From NCBI GenBank assembly GCA_965223265.1, contig OZ244999.1:8960001-9024000 (forward strand): a DNA stretch of 64,000 nucleotides, in the 5' to 3' direction. Both the position numbers and the translations under genes were made by a program. Under the pieces are notes generated by a model. It did not search any database, had not been told where the DNA came from, and was given only the letters and a program-made list of their open reading frames with translations. Source of the DNA: Planctomycetota bacterium. GTDB taxonomy: Bacteria; Planctomycetota; UBA8108; SXIK01. Shown in pieces: positions 31,292-40,713 of the stretch; the first letter of the stretch is position 1, and every line of letters starts with the position of its first letter.

Positions 31292-31476
31292 AGGCGGAGG
31301 CAGAGGCAGAGGCAGAGGCGGAGACAGAGACAGAGGCAGAGGCGGAGACAGAGGCAGAGGCGGAGACAGAGACAGAGGCAGAGGCGGAGACAGAGGCAGA
31401 GGCAGAGGCGGAGACAGAGGCAGAGGCAGAGGCAGAGGCGGAGACAGAGACAGAGGCAGAGGCAGAGGCGGAGACA
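31291..31476 (+). repeat. Tandem hexamer array (GAGGCA/GAGGCG/GAGACA), about 31 units
   Basis: 186 bp built from only three related hexamers, starting at the stop codon of the TolB-like gene. Confidence 0.95.
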
Positions 31477-31513
31477 TCCTGTCTGCGATTGAAGTGAGCC
31501 ACAAATCCTCTGC

Positions 31514-31605
31514 GGACGGGCTCGGACACCCTTGTCCTCAGGTTCGATTGGCGGTTGTAGGGCGTCGCGGCGGGCTTCACGTTTGGTGAGGTTTGCCGGT
31601 GTGCC
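31514..31605 (+). ncRNA. Uncharacterised ~90-nt structured repeat, copy 1
   Basis: Roughly 80% identical by eye to 55923-56012 (minus); several stems with G-U pairs on this strand. Confidence 0.5.
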
Positions 31606-31689
31606 TGTTACTCTACCGCACACGCACACCCGCCCTCGCCCACGTCCTTGTTCCGTCGTCGCCGCCTGTCGCCCCCGTCTGCGGCGCGC

Positions 31690-34230
31690 CTATCTCTGGA
31701 AGAGGAACTCCTGCGAGTTGAGCACGGCCCAGGCGACGTCTTCAAGCGCCTGCAGTCGATCGGCCTGCGACTCGACATAACGCAGGTTCGTCGACAGCTC
31801 CTCATCGCGCGGTGGCCGCGAATAAGCCGCGAGGTAGAGCCTTGTCACGATTTCTCGGTTCGTCCGCCCCGCTCGTTCGAGCTGGCGCAAGCGACTGTCT
31901 GCGTGACGCAGCTTGGAGTGAACAAGGTTGCCGTTGTAGAGCTGCAGCGCTTGGCCGATGCGTGCGTCGCCTGAGCGTTCGCACTCGCAGACCGTTTGGC
32001 GCTGCGTCTGGCCAAAGATTTTCAAGAAGGCGTTGCCTTCTGTTTCGCTCAGAGCGTCAGGCGCTGGCAGACGGATCGCACGGCTGCCCAGGGGCAAGTG
32101 GCCTAGATCATGCGGCACGTCGAGGACGCTAGAGATGGCTTCTAAGAGCTGTTCCGCCCCGAGGAGACGCGTGCGATACGAGGCGAAGTATTTGCCACTC
32201 GGATCGCCGTTTGTCGTCGGCGTCGAAACGCTCTGGTACGTGCGACTCTTCAGAATTGTCCCGAGGATGTGTCGGCGGTCGAAACCGCTGGCGGCGAAGT
32301 CTTCCGCGAGAGCGTCGAGAAGAGCTGGAATCGATGCGGGGTTGCTGATGCGAAAGTCGTCGGGAGGTTCAACAATCCCACGTCCCATGACGTGCGCCCA
32401 AAGGCGGTTGGCCTCCACGCGAGCGAAGAACGGATTATCCGGCGCTGTGAGCCATCGCGCGAACGCCTGACGGCGGGTGTCTTCGCCCTTGGTGCTCGAT
32501 GGCGGTTCGTAGCCTGGCGCCCACGGACGAGCGGGCTTGCCCGTTCGTGGATGGATCACTTCGCCGTCACGGTTTTCCCAAATGATCGTCGCGCCGGCGC
32601 GCGACGACTCTTTACGTGTAACGCGGCCGAAGAATGCCGCCATGCCGTAGTAGTTGTCCTGGGTCCAGCGCTCGAATGGGTGGTTGTGGCACTTGGCGCA
32701 TTGCAGGCGTGAGCCGAGAAAAACCTGAGACGTGGCCTCCATCACCTCTTGGGGATCGCCCGCGACGCGGTAATAGTTGGCTGTCGGCACTTCGAGCGTA
32801 CTGCCGCTCGACGCCAGAAGCTGCCTGGCGAATTCGTCGTAGGGAAGATTCCTCCGGAAGGCCGACTCGAGCCAGCGATGGTACTTGTGAACGCCTTCGT
32901 CTCCCACGCGGGCGCTCGTCAGACGCAGGAGGTCGCCCCACTTCAGCGCCCAAAAACTCGCGTGTTCTGGCCGCTCGAGGAGCGAGTCGATGAGCTTGTT
33001 GCGTTTGCTTCGATCTGTCGACGCGACGAACTGCTCAACTTCGCTCGGCGTCGGAAGAACGCCGATGGAATCGAGGTAGACGCGCCGGACGAACGTTGCG
33101 TCGTCACACATTCCGGAGGGAACGATTCCGAGTTGGTGCAACTTCGCATCGACGATTTCATCGATATAGTTGAGAGCTGGCATAGTCGGCAACGGCGACT
33201 GGTCGCTGGGATCAACGAGCGTCACGCGAGTTGAAGCGACGTGCTCGAGGTAGCGAGCGATCACCGCGACGTCGCCGCGCCGATGTCCGGTCAACTCACC
33301 ATCTTGGTTGATGGTGCCGACGGTGTCGTCGGAGACAGAGAAGATCGTCAGGGATGTCACGTCTCGACTTGAGCCGTCGGAGAACCTCGCGACCACAGAG
33401 AATCTTTGCCTCGCGTTCGACGTCGCCAAGACTCGCGCCTTGCTCGGCCACAGCTCGATCTCAATGCACTGTCGTCCGCTGTCTTCCTCGACAGGCGCCC
33501 CTGCCGCGATCCAATCGTACAAAAGCTGATAGCCGCGATCACTCTTCCGAAGCTGTACTCCACCTTCGTGGGGAACGGCTTGAGTAGGTTTCAAGAGCAG
33601 AAGGCTCGACGCTGGATTCGTGCGGCTCAGGCGGCGAGCGTCGAATTCCTTCAAGAGGGTGTAGCGGTCTAGTTCCGGATCGAATCCACGGAGCGATAGG
33701 CGAAACCCGCCCTTGCCGCTCGGTGAGCCGTGGCACGCTCCTTGGCTGCAGCCGTGCTTCGATAGGATCGCAAGCACGTCGAACTTGAATGACGGGGGTT
33801 GGCGCACTCTAACGCGCCTTACCTCCACCTGCACATGACATTGGTGGTCTCCGTATTCGATGCGCACGGTGGCCTTGCCGTTGCCCGTCGGCCGCGCGAT
33901 GCCGTGGCGGTCGATCTTGACGACGCTTTCGTCTGACGAAACGAACCGGGCGACTGCTGTGAGGTCGCGAACCGTCGAATTTGCAGCGTCAGCTCCGGTG
34001 ACGATGATGCGCCTCTCGGCGACTGCTCCGTCGAGGATGAAACGTTCCGGCGTCGCGGAGATTCCGGGTGTGAACGAATCGCTGTTGGCATCAGCAGCAG
34101 GCGTTGATTCCTCTGCACACAATGCGATCCCAAACGCAAAAGCGAAGGCGCTAAGAGCACGACTAGGTGCGGCGCTGCGGCGGCGACACAAGCGATGGCG
34201 CAAGGTGGTTCTCCACGTGAGTTCATGCAT
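31690..34230 (-). CDS. Ig-like (Big_2) / DUF1549 / DUF1553 protein
   Basis: GCSQGACHGSPSGKGGFRLSLRG, NYIDEIVDAKL..FVRRVYLD, CAKCH, NPFFARVEANRLWAH, CECERS. Confidence 0.9.
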   Translation of the reverse strand: MHELTWRTTLRHRLCRRRSAAPSRALSAFAFAFGIALCAEESTPAADANSDSFTPGISATPERFILDGAVAERRIIVTGADAANSTVRDLTAVARFVSSDESVVKIDRHGIARPTGNGKATVRIEYGDHQCHVQVEVRRVRVRQPPSFKFDVLAILSKHGCSQGACHGSPSGKGGFRLSLRGFDPELDRYTLLKEFDARRLSRTNPASSLLLLKPTQAVPHEGGVQLRKSDRGYQLLYDWIAAGAPVEEDSGRQCIEIELWPSKARVLATSNARQRFSVVARFSDGSSRDVTSLTIFSVSDDTVGTINQDGELTGHRRGDVAVIARYLEHVASTRVTLVDPSDQSPLPTMPALNYIDEIVDAKLHQLGIVPSGMCDDATFVRRVYLDSIGVLPTPSEVEQFVASTDRSKRNKLIDSLLERPEHASFWALKWGDLLRLTSARVGDEGVHKYHRWLESAFRRNLPYDEFARQLLASSGSTLEVPTANYYRVAGDPQEVMEATSQVFLGSRLQCAKCHNHPFERWTQDNYYGMAAFFGRVTRKESSRAGATIIWENRDGEVIHPRTGKPARPWAPGYEPPSSTKGEDTRRQAFARWLTAPDNPFFARVEANRLWAHVMGRGIVEPPDDFRISNPASIPALLDALAEDFAASGFDRRHILGTILKSRTYQSVSTPTTNGDPSGKYFASYRTRLLGAEQLLEAISSVLDVPHDLGHLPLGSRAIRLPAPDALSETEGNAFLKIFGQTQRQTVCECERSGDARIGQALQLYNGNLVHSKLRHADSRLRQLERAGRTNREIVTRLYLAAYSRPPRDEELSTNLRYVESQADRLQALEDVAWAVLNSQEFLFQR

Positions 34231-34398
34231 GGTGTAACGGTAGCGATGTTACGAAAGCCGGAGTACCCTTGTCCATGCCGCATGAGGCCAAGCTGCCGTT
34301 GAAACAGCGACACGGCCGAAAACGCCCGGCCTTTCACGCCCTTCTCGGCCGTGTCAGTACGCGCCGTGATCATGGAATGGAGAGACACGGAGCCTTAA

Positions 34399-34557
34399 CA
34401 GCTCGTTGAAAAAGTCATTCGGCTGAGAAACCGGCCTCTTCACGCCCAGATCAGCCGCGGCGAGCCTCGAAAATCTCGGAGATTACCTGCGTTCGCCGCG
34501 GCTGATCTGGACGCGAAGCGACCAGTTTTCAGCTCGAAGCACTTTTTCAACAGGCTG
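34399..34557. mobile_element. Palindromic MITE-like element, copy B, flanked by TTAA on both sides
   Basis: TTAA-CAGCTCGTTGAAAAAG...CTTTTTCAACAGGCTG-TTAA; inverted relative to copy A. Confidence 0.8.
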
Positions 34558-34568
34558 TTAAACACTGA

Positions 34569-35816
34569 ATGAACATCTACGAATCGCTTGGCTTGACTCC
34601 CAGCATTAATGCGTCCGGTCCCGTGACCCGCCTGGGTGGAGCGCGTATGCCACAGCGTGTGATCGAAAGTTGGTGCGCCGCCGCCGTCGACACCGTTCCT
34701 CTCGAACTCCTCCAGGCTGCAGCTTCGCAGCGAATCGCTCGAGCCAGCGGCGCCGAGGCTGGACTGGTGACTGCGGGCGCGGCTGCGGCGTTGACACTCG
34801 GTGCTGCTGCGATCATGACTGGATACGACGTCGCGCGCATGGAGAAGCTACCGCACGCCGCGGATTTCCCCTGCGAATTCGTCGTCGCGCGCGAGCACCG
34901 CAGCGGCTACGATCATGCCGTGCGCGCTGCTGGCGCCAAACTCGTCGAGGTCGGATTCAACGAAATGGTCGCCGGTGCAGGCGTGCGACGCACTGAGGCG
35001 TGGGAATATGCTGCCGCCTTTGGCCCACGCACCGCCGGCGTGTTGTACGTCGACCTCGTCGACGGTCGGCCGCGGCTGGACGAGCTTGTCGAGGTTGCTC
35101 ACGCGCGGGGGGTGCCCGTGCTGGTCGATGCCGCGGGTCGGCTGGCCGTGCGGCAGCGGTTGCGCGCGATTCCTGCCGCCGGTGCGGACCTTGCGTGCTT
35201 CAGCGGCGGCAAGGCGCTCCGGGGGCCACAGGCGAGCGGAATTCTCTGCGGTCGTCGCGACCTCGTCGGCGCCGCCGCGCTGCAGATGCTCGACATGGAC
35301 GATCACCCTGAGCTGTGGGAGCCGCCGGAGGAGCTCATCGATCGCAATCAACTGGACGGCATGCCTCGGCACGGCATCGGTCGGGCTCTGAAGGTCGCAA
35401 AGGAAGAGATTGTGGCGCTGTTGTCGGCGCTCGAGCTCTTCGAAAGCGACGGGCCGGATGCCGGCGGCGACGATGAGCGGCGGCGTCTCGAAATGATCGC
35501 GGCGGCGATTCAGAGTGACTTGGCGTCGTCTCGGCTCGTGGAGCGCGCTAGCGAGATGGAACATGTTCGCTCGCTTGAGATCTCTATCGACGAGGCGCGT
35601 CTCGGACGCACAGCATTCGATCTGTGTCGATCGCTGCGCCGCGGCACCCCGCCCATCTACGTAGGGCACGCCGAGCTCGCCGCTGGCATGCTGGTGATCC
35701 ACCCCGCATGCCTTGACGATGGCGGCGCCGCAGAGATCGCAAGACGGCTCAATGAGGAACTTCTCGCCAGCGTCACCCCGCCTGCGGCAGCGCCTCGAAA
35801 GCGGAAACCTCGCTGA
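34569..35816 (+). CDS. SelA-like PLP-dependent enzyme (DgaE / D-glucosaminate-6-P ammonia-lyase-like family)
   Basis: INASGPVTRLGG, YDHAVRAAGAKLVEVG, VDAAG, FSGGKALRGPQASG, GIGRALKVAKEEI. Confidence 0.82.
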   Translation: MNIYESLGLTPSINASGPVTRLGGARMPQRVIESWCAAAVDTVPLELLQAAASQRIARASGAEAGLVTAGAAAALTLGAAAIMTGYDVARMEKLPHAADFPCEFVVAREHRSGYDHAVRAAGAKLVEVGFNEMVAGAGVRRTEAWEYAAAFGPRTAGVLYVDLVDGRPRLDELVEVAHARGVPVLVDAAGRLAVRQRLRAIPAAGADLACFSGGKALRGPQASGILCGRRDLVGAAALQMLDMDDHPELWEPPEELIDRNQLDGMPRHGIGRALKVAKEEIVALLSALELFESDGPDAGGDDERRRLEMIAAAIQSDLASSRLVERASEMEHVRSLEISIDEARLGRTAFDLCRSLRRGTPPIYVGHAELAAGMLVIHPACLDDGGAAEIARRLNEELLASVTPPAAAPRKRKPR

Positions 35817-35938
35817 CTTGACGTATTGAGTGATGTACCTTGAGCTGTATGCGCGTCGCCCTTCAACACAGCGATCTCTCGACTGAGCATACGTGGCGAG
35901 GTCGTGTTCACTACGCTTGGCTCTTACTGAGTTGGATC

Positions 35939-37069
35939 ATGGCCGCGAGTTTACCTTCGAATGTAACGGCTCAGCTCAAGTCGGGGCCTGCGGACAGTGT
36001 CGGCATGTCGGCTGAGCATCTCGCTCGCGCGTCTGCGCTCATCGAGGCTGCCGTCGAGGAAAAAAAGATCACCGCGGCGGCGCTCGTTGTCGCGCGTCGT
36101 TCGATCGTTGTCATGGCGTCAGGCTTCGGCCGTTTGCAGCCGACCGAGACAGCGCCTGAGGTGCAGCCTGATTCCGTATTTCTCCTTGCGTCGATCACCA
36201 AGCCGGTAACAGCATGTGCGCTGATGCTCCTGGTCGAAAGGGGGCTCGTCGGTCTGGAGGATCCCGTCTCCAAGTACCTGCCTGAGTTCGAGGGAGGCGA
36301 GCGCCATCTCGTCAAGGTGCGCCATCTTCTGTCGCACACTTCGGGACTTCCGGACATGCTGCCTGAGAACACGCAGCTGCGACGTGCTCACGCGCCGCTG
36401 AAGGAGTTCGTCACGCGGGCCACCAAGACCCCGCTCCTCTTTACGCCAAACACCGAGTTTAGATACCAGAGCAAAGGCACGCTGCTGGCGGCAGAGATCG
36501 TCGAGCGCGTCACGGGGAAGCCGTTGCGCGAGTTCGAGCACGAAGAGATTTTTCAGCCACTCGGTATGAATCGCAGTGCTTTGGGCCTCGGTGGAATGCG
36601 CATCGCTGACACCGTTTGGTGCGGCACTTCCATGGATTTCGGCTCGGAGGACCAGCGGCGTTTTGGGCCGAACAGTGGGTACTGGCGAGATATGGGGCAT
36701 CCATGGGGCGGCATGCACAGCTCAGCGCTTGACCTTGCGGTTCTTCTGCAAACGTTTCTGAGCGGCGGCGAGTATGGCGGTCGCCGTGTGTTCAGTCGTG
36801 CAGTTGTGCGAGAGATGACGCGGAATCACAATGGCAGCCTCGAAGCGCCTTGGGGGCTCGGATGGGCGCTCGGTCGCTCGGTGGTGTGGAACGATTTCGG
36901 GGATCTTGTTTCACCAGCGACTTTTGGGCACACGGGAGCAACCGGAACGGTCGCGTGGGCGGATCCCAGCCGTGATCTTCTCTGCGTCATTTTGACGAAT
37001 GAACGCTTCGACGGAGGCGCGTTCATGCGGCGAGTCTCCAACGTCGTCGTGGCGGCCGTGCTCGACTGA
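35939..37069 (+). CDS. Serine hydrolase, beta-lactamase class C-like family
   Basis: ASITK (SxxK), HLLSHTSGL, YQS, FGHTGATG; start uncertain (35840-35939). Confidence 0.85.
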   Translation: MAASLPSNVTAQLKSGPADSVGMSAEHLARASALIEAAVEEKKITAAALVVARRSIVVMASGFGRLQPTETAPEVQPDSVFLLASITKPVTACALMLLVERGLVGLEDPVSKYLPEFEGGERHLVKVRHLLSHTSGLPDMLPENTQLRRAHAPLKEFVTRATKTPLLFTPNTEFRYQSKGTLLAAEIVERVTGKPLREFEHEEIFQPLGMNRSALGLGGMRIADTVWCGTSMDFGSEDQRRFGPNSGYWRDMGHPWGGMHSSALDLAVLLQTFLSGGEYGGRRVFSRAVVREMTRNHNGSLEAPWGLGWALGRSVVWNDFGDLVSPATFGHTGATGTVAWADPSRDLLCVILTNERFDGGAFMRRVSNVVVAAVLD

Positions 37070-37505
37070 ACACTGTCGCTCTCCTTGACAGTGCTCGTCG
37101 CAGATCGAGGAGCGCAGCTGTTGTTAGGTGAAACAACGGTTTTTGTCAGGGAAATACACGTATATCGTTTGCTTTGCTTTAGGTTGTCTGAGTCTGCACC
37201 AACGGCGCCGGAGACATGACGCCTAAGGCAGCTGCTAGCTCTCTTTACACACTGCTTGGTCCCAGCCGGGCGCGCCCCAATGCATCAAACTGCTGATGGG
37301 ATCAATGGATGCGAAAAAGTCGAGGTCGCTGGCCACGCGTTTGCGAAGACTCTTCAGGACGGCGGTGCGGTTTCCCCCGCGCTGCTGAAGTGGAGTCGCC
37401 GAGCTCGCTCGGACGGAAGGAAACAGCAGGACGTTCAGTGGCTCTCTTGCTTCGGCTTGAGAGTCACTGCGCCTTTTCCTCGAAGCCCCACCACTTCCCG
37501 CGTGC

Positions 37506-38297
37506 CTAGCAGCCCGGTCGGCCGCGCACTGCGCCGGTGATTTCACCCGCGGCACGTGTCAAGAGGAGAAAATCCGCTCCCATCGTGAGCCACTTTGCGC
37601 CGCGGTCGGCCCACTCGCTCAGGATACTCGGGTCGGTTCCAACCGCGATGCCTGGTGGCACCCCGGCGGCGTTGGCGCGGTCGAAGACGTGACCGATCGT
37701 CTCGAGGACGTTCGGGTGGCGCGGTTCGCCTGTGTATCCCATGGAGCTGGAAAGATCGTTCGGGCCAACGACGACGGCTGTGAGGCCGGGCACAGCGACG
37801 ATCTCGTCGATGCACTCGACAGCATCTTTATGTTCGATCTGCACGATCACGATCATCGCGTCGTTCGCAGCTCTGCAGAACTCTTTGCCCGATCGACGTC
37901 CATGCTCGCCCGGCCTCTTGGGGCCGTAGCCGCGTTCACCGGCGGGCGGATAGAGCGTCGACGCCACGGCTCTGGCGACGTCATCGGCGGAACGCACCAT
38001 TGGAATGATCACACCGGCAGCGCCGGCGTCCAGCACAGGTTTCACCAAGACCGGATCGTTCCAAGGCACCCTGACGATGGGAGCCGTGTCGTAACTCTTC
38101 GCCGCCAAGATATGTCCTTGGACCGATTCGATAGTGAGTGCGCCATGTTCCATGTCGATCCAGAGGTAATCGACATCAGGGCAGAGCGCCTCGCTGACCG
38201 TCGGATCCGAGAATGTTATGCAGACGCCCATACACAACTGGCCGTCTTTCAGTTTCTGCTTGAATGAGAGCGCTTGTTCAAACATGTCGTGGATCAC
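37506..38297 (-). CDS. HpcH/HpaI aldolase family protein
   Basis: WIDMEHG, VRVPWND..LDAGAAGVIIP, QIE, GPNDLS. Confidence 0.92.
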   Translation of the reverse strand: MIHDMFEQALSFKQKLKDGQLCMGVCITFSDPTVSEALCPDVDYLWIDMEHGALTIESVQGHILAAKSYDTAPIVRVPWNDPVLVKPVLDAGAAGVIIPMVRSADDVARAVASTLYPPAGERGYGPKRPGEHGRRSGKEFCRAANDAMIVIVQIEHKDAVECIDEIVAVPGLTAVVVGPNDLSSSMGYTGEPRHPNVLETIGHVFDRANAAGVPPGIAVGTDPSILSEWADRGAKWLTMGADFLLLTRAAGEITGAVRGRPGC

Positions 38298-39400
38298 CGG
38301 GTGGCAGGGACAGCTCCGATCGCCTTGTTGAGGCGCGGCATCAGCTCGTGAGCGAACAGTTCCATACTACGAAGCCAAGATTCCTTGTCGTCCCAGTCGT
38401 AGCTCATGCATACGAGCGTGCCGAAAGGACCTGTCTCTTCCATCATCAGAAGAATCCGCCGCAGTACTTCGTCAACGTCGCCCGCGATGATTTGTTCGGT
38501 CATGAGAAAGTCAAGGTTGCAATCGGCGTCACTCATTTCGAGGTCACGCTTGTAAATCTGACGGCCTAACCCACGGTCAAAGAGCTTGCCGATGTACTCG
38601 TAGTTTTGTCCGAGAGAATTGGTTCTCGCTTTTTCTTGTGCTTCGCGGGTTGAATCGGCGAGGAAGATCGACCGTGCGATGCGCCAATCGCGTGGATCCG
38701 CTGTGCGGCCGGCCGCCGCGGCACCACTTTCATAGCTTTTCCACGTTTCCGCGACGACGTTCGAAGTGATCAAGCAGTGACTGAAAGCACCGAATCCTCG
38801 TTCGCCAGCGAGTTTCATGGTCTTCGAGTTTCGGCTCATTCCGGGCATGGAAATCGGCGGGTATGGCTTCTGAAGGGGCCGACGGATGTATCCGATGCCG
38901 GTCTCGGTATCGAGCGTCTCGTGGAGCCGGATGTTCCAGTACTTTCCTTGGAGGTCATACGGCGGATCGCTCGTCCACAACTTGAGAATCATGTCGAGCG
39001 ACTCGAGCACCATGTCTGACGCCTGCTTCATGTCGAGCCCGTAAAGCTCATGATCGGCCGTGACGCTGCCTGGGCCAAAGCAGACATTGAGCCGACCGTT
39101 TGACAGGTGATCGAGGAACGAAAGGCGACTTGCCACATAGGCGGGGTGGTGTTGATTGATGCACACTGGCGCGGGACCCATGCGGATCTTCTTGGTGTCG
39201 CCCAAGGCGCGTGCGATGAAGATCTCCGGCACAACAATCGGCTCGTAGTTCATCGTGTGATGCTCGCCGATCCAGAATTCACTGAATCCGAGCTCCTCCG
39301 CCCGAACGATGAGCTCGAGGTCTTCGTCAAGGCACTGAGCTAGCGACTTTTCCGGCGGGTGGAAAGGCATGATGAACATGCCATAGTCGATCGAATGCAT
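38294..39400 (-). CDS. LLM-class flavin-dependent oxidoreductase (limonene monooxygenase-like subgroup)
   Basis: GMFIMPFHPP, WIGEHH, LDHLSNGR, PLQKPYPP, SMELFAHELMP; stop overlaps the aldolase start. Confidence 0.88.
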   Translation of the reverse strand: MHSIDYGMFIMPFHPPEKSLAQCLDEDLELIVRAEELGFSEFWIGEHHTMNYEPIVVPEIFIARALGDTKKIRMGPAPVCINQHHPAYVASRLSFLDHLSNGRLNVCFGPGSVTADHELYGLDMKQASDMVLESLDMILKLWTSDPPYDLQGKYWNIRLHETLDTETGIGYIRRPLQKPYPPISMPGMSRNSKTMKLAGERGFGAFSHCLITSNVVAETWKSYESGAAAAGRTADPRDWRIARSIFLADSTREAQEKARTNSLGQNYEYIGKLFDRGLGRQIYKRDLEMSDADCNLDFLMTEQIIAGDVDEVLRRILLMMEETGPFGTLVCMSYDWDDKESWLRSMELFAHELMPRLNKAIGAVPATR

Positions 39401-39635
39401 CGTCAGACCCTCATGAGGCGGCCGCGACAAATAACGCCCGACGGAAGGCAACGCTCGGGCGCCGTGAATATCGTAAACGTTAGAATGAGCGTTATGGTAC
39501 CGAAGACGCGGCGTCGCGCATAGCCAGAGGCGGAGACACCTAACTCCCGCGCCCACGCGACGCCCACAAGACCGAGCGCATTCCACACCACGAATGTGCT
39601 AAATTCTCCTTTTTTCAAGAGCTGGTAACTCCCTC

Positions 39636-40607
39636 ATGACCAACAACCCTCGTACCATCGTTTGCACCGGTCCGATCACGTCTCAGGCGACAACGATCCT
39701 CGAGCCGTTCGGTGAAATCATCGTCGCATCGGATCTCCGCCCCGAGACGCTTCAGGCCCTTGTATCCGATGCCGTGGCGCTCGTTGTGCGCGGTGAAGGC
39801 GAGATCACCGCGACGATTATGGACCGCGCGCCTCGCTTGAAGGTCATCGGCCGCAGTGGTGTCGGTTACGACAACGTTGACATCGGCGCCGCCACGGAGC
39901 GCGCCATCCCGGTCGTCTACACCCCTGGAGCGGCCACGGACTCAGTGGCAGAGGCCGCGATCATGTACATGCTCGCGTTGGCGAAGAACGCCAGCATGTG
40001 GGACCGCGAGCTGAGACGTGGTAATTGGCGGAGCCGATTCGGCGCCTCGAACGGCGATCTTGGTGGTGCAACGCTGGGGATCATCGGGCTCGGCCGCATC
40101 GGCAGCAGGGTGGCGCAATTGGCGCGTCGCTTCGACGCTCGTGTCCTCGCGTACGATCCGTATGTCGAGGATGCGGCCGCGAAGAGCGTCGGGGCGTCCC
40201 TGATCGACCTCGACGCCTTGCTGCGAGAATCGGACTTTATCTCGATCCACGCGGCGTTGACTGACGAGACGCGCGGGATGATCGGCGCGGCAGCGCTCAG
40301 CCGCGTCAAGCCCGGCGCGTTTCTGATCAATTTGGCCCGGGGCGGCATCGTTTCGAGTCTGAACGATGTCGATGCGGCGCTAGAGAACGGAGCGCTCGCG
40401 GGCTGCGCGCTGGACGTCTTCGAACCGGAGCCTCCGGACGTGGGACACCCGCTGTTCCGGCGCGACAACTGTCTGTTTGCACCGCACGTTGTTGGTCTCA
40501 GTCGTGGTGCGATTGAGCGCATCTTTCGGTCGATGGCCGACGACGTCGCGGCGGTTCTCAGCGGCCGCACTCCCAAATGGGTGGTCAACCCCGAGGCGCT
40601 TGGCTGA
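39636..40607 (+). CDS. D-isomer-specific 2-hydroxyacid dehydrogenase (SerA-like)
   Basis: GVGYDNVD, GIIGLGRIG, INLARG, LDVFEPEP, PHVVG. Confidence 0.9.
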   Translation: MTNNPRTIVCTGPITSQATTILEPFGEIIVASDLRPETLQALVSDAVALVVRGEGEITATIMDRAPRLKVIGRSGVGYDNVDIGAATERAIPVVYTPGAATDSVAEAAIMYMLALAKNASMWDRELRRGNWRSRFGASNGDLGGATLGIIGLGRIGSRVAQLARRFDARVLAYDPYVEDAAAKSVGASLIDLDALLRESDFISIHAALTDETRGMIGAAALSRVKPGAFLINLARGGIVSSLNDVDAALENGALAGCALDVFEPEPPDVGHPLFRRDNCLFAPHVVGLSRGAIERIFRSMADDVAAVLSGRTPKWVVNPEALG

Positions 40608-40713
40608 GCTTCGTCGCACGGCAAAAAAAAGAGAGGGAAACGAAAATCGCTTCCCTCTCTCACTCCACCACCCTCTTTCCTTTGGGCGTAGGTGATCCTG
40701 TATAGCTCGCGAG

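Noticed and set aside
34569-35816. Selenocysteine synthase SelA
   Set aside because: Motifs fit the shorter SelA-like/DgaE family; no selB, selD or tRNA-Sec nearby.
35939-37069. Antibiotic-resistance beta-lactamase
   Set aside because: Generic SxxK serine hydrolase with HTG instead of the AmpC KTG; an esterase/amidase is more likely.
37070-37505. Small gene or sRNA in the AT-richer gap between convergent genes
   Set aside because: Candidate ORFs lack an RBS or motifs; no repeat or clear structure.
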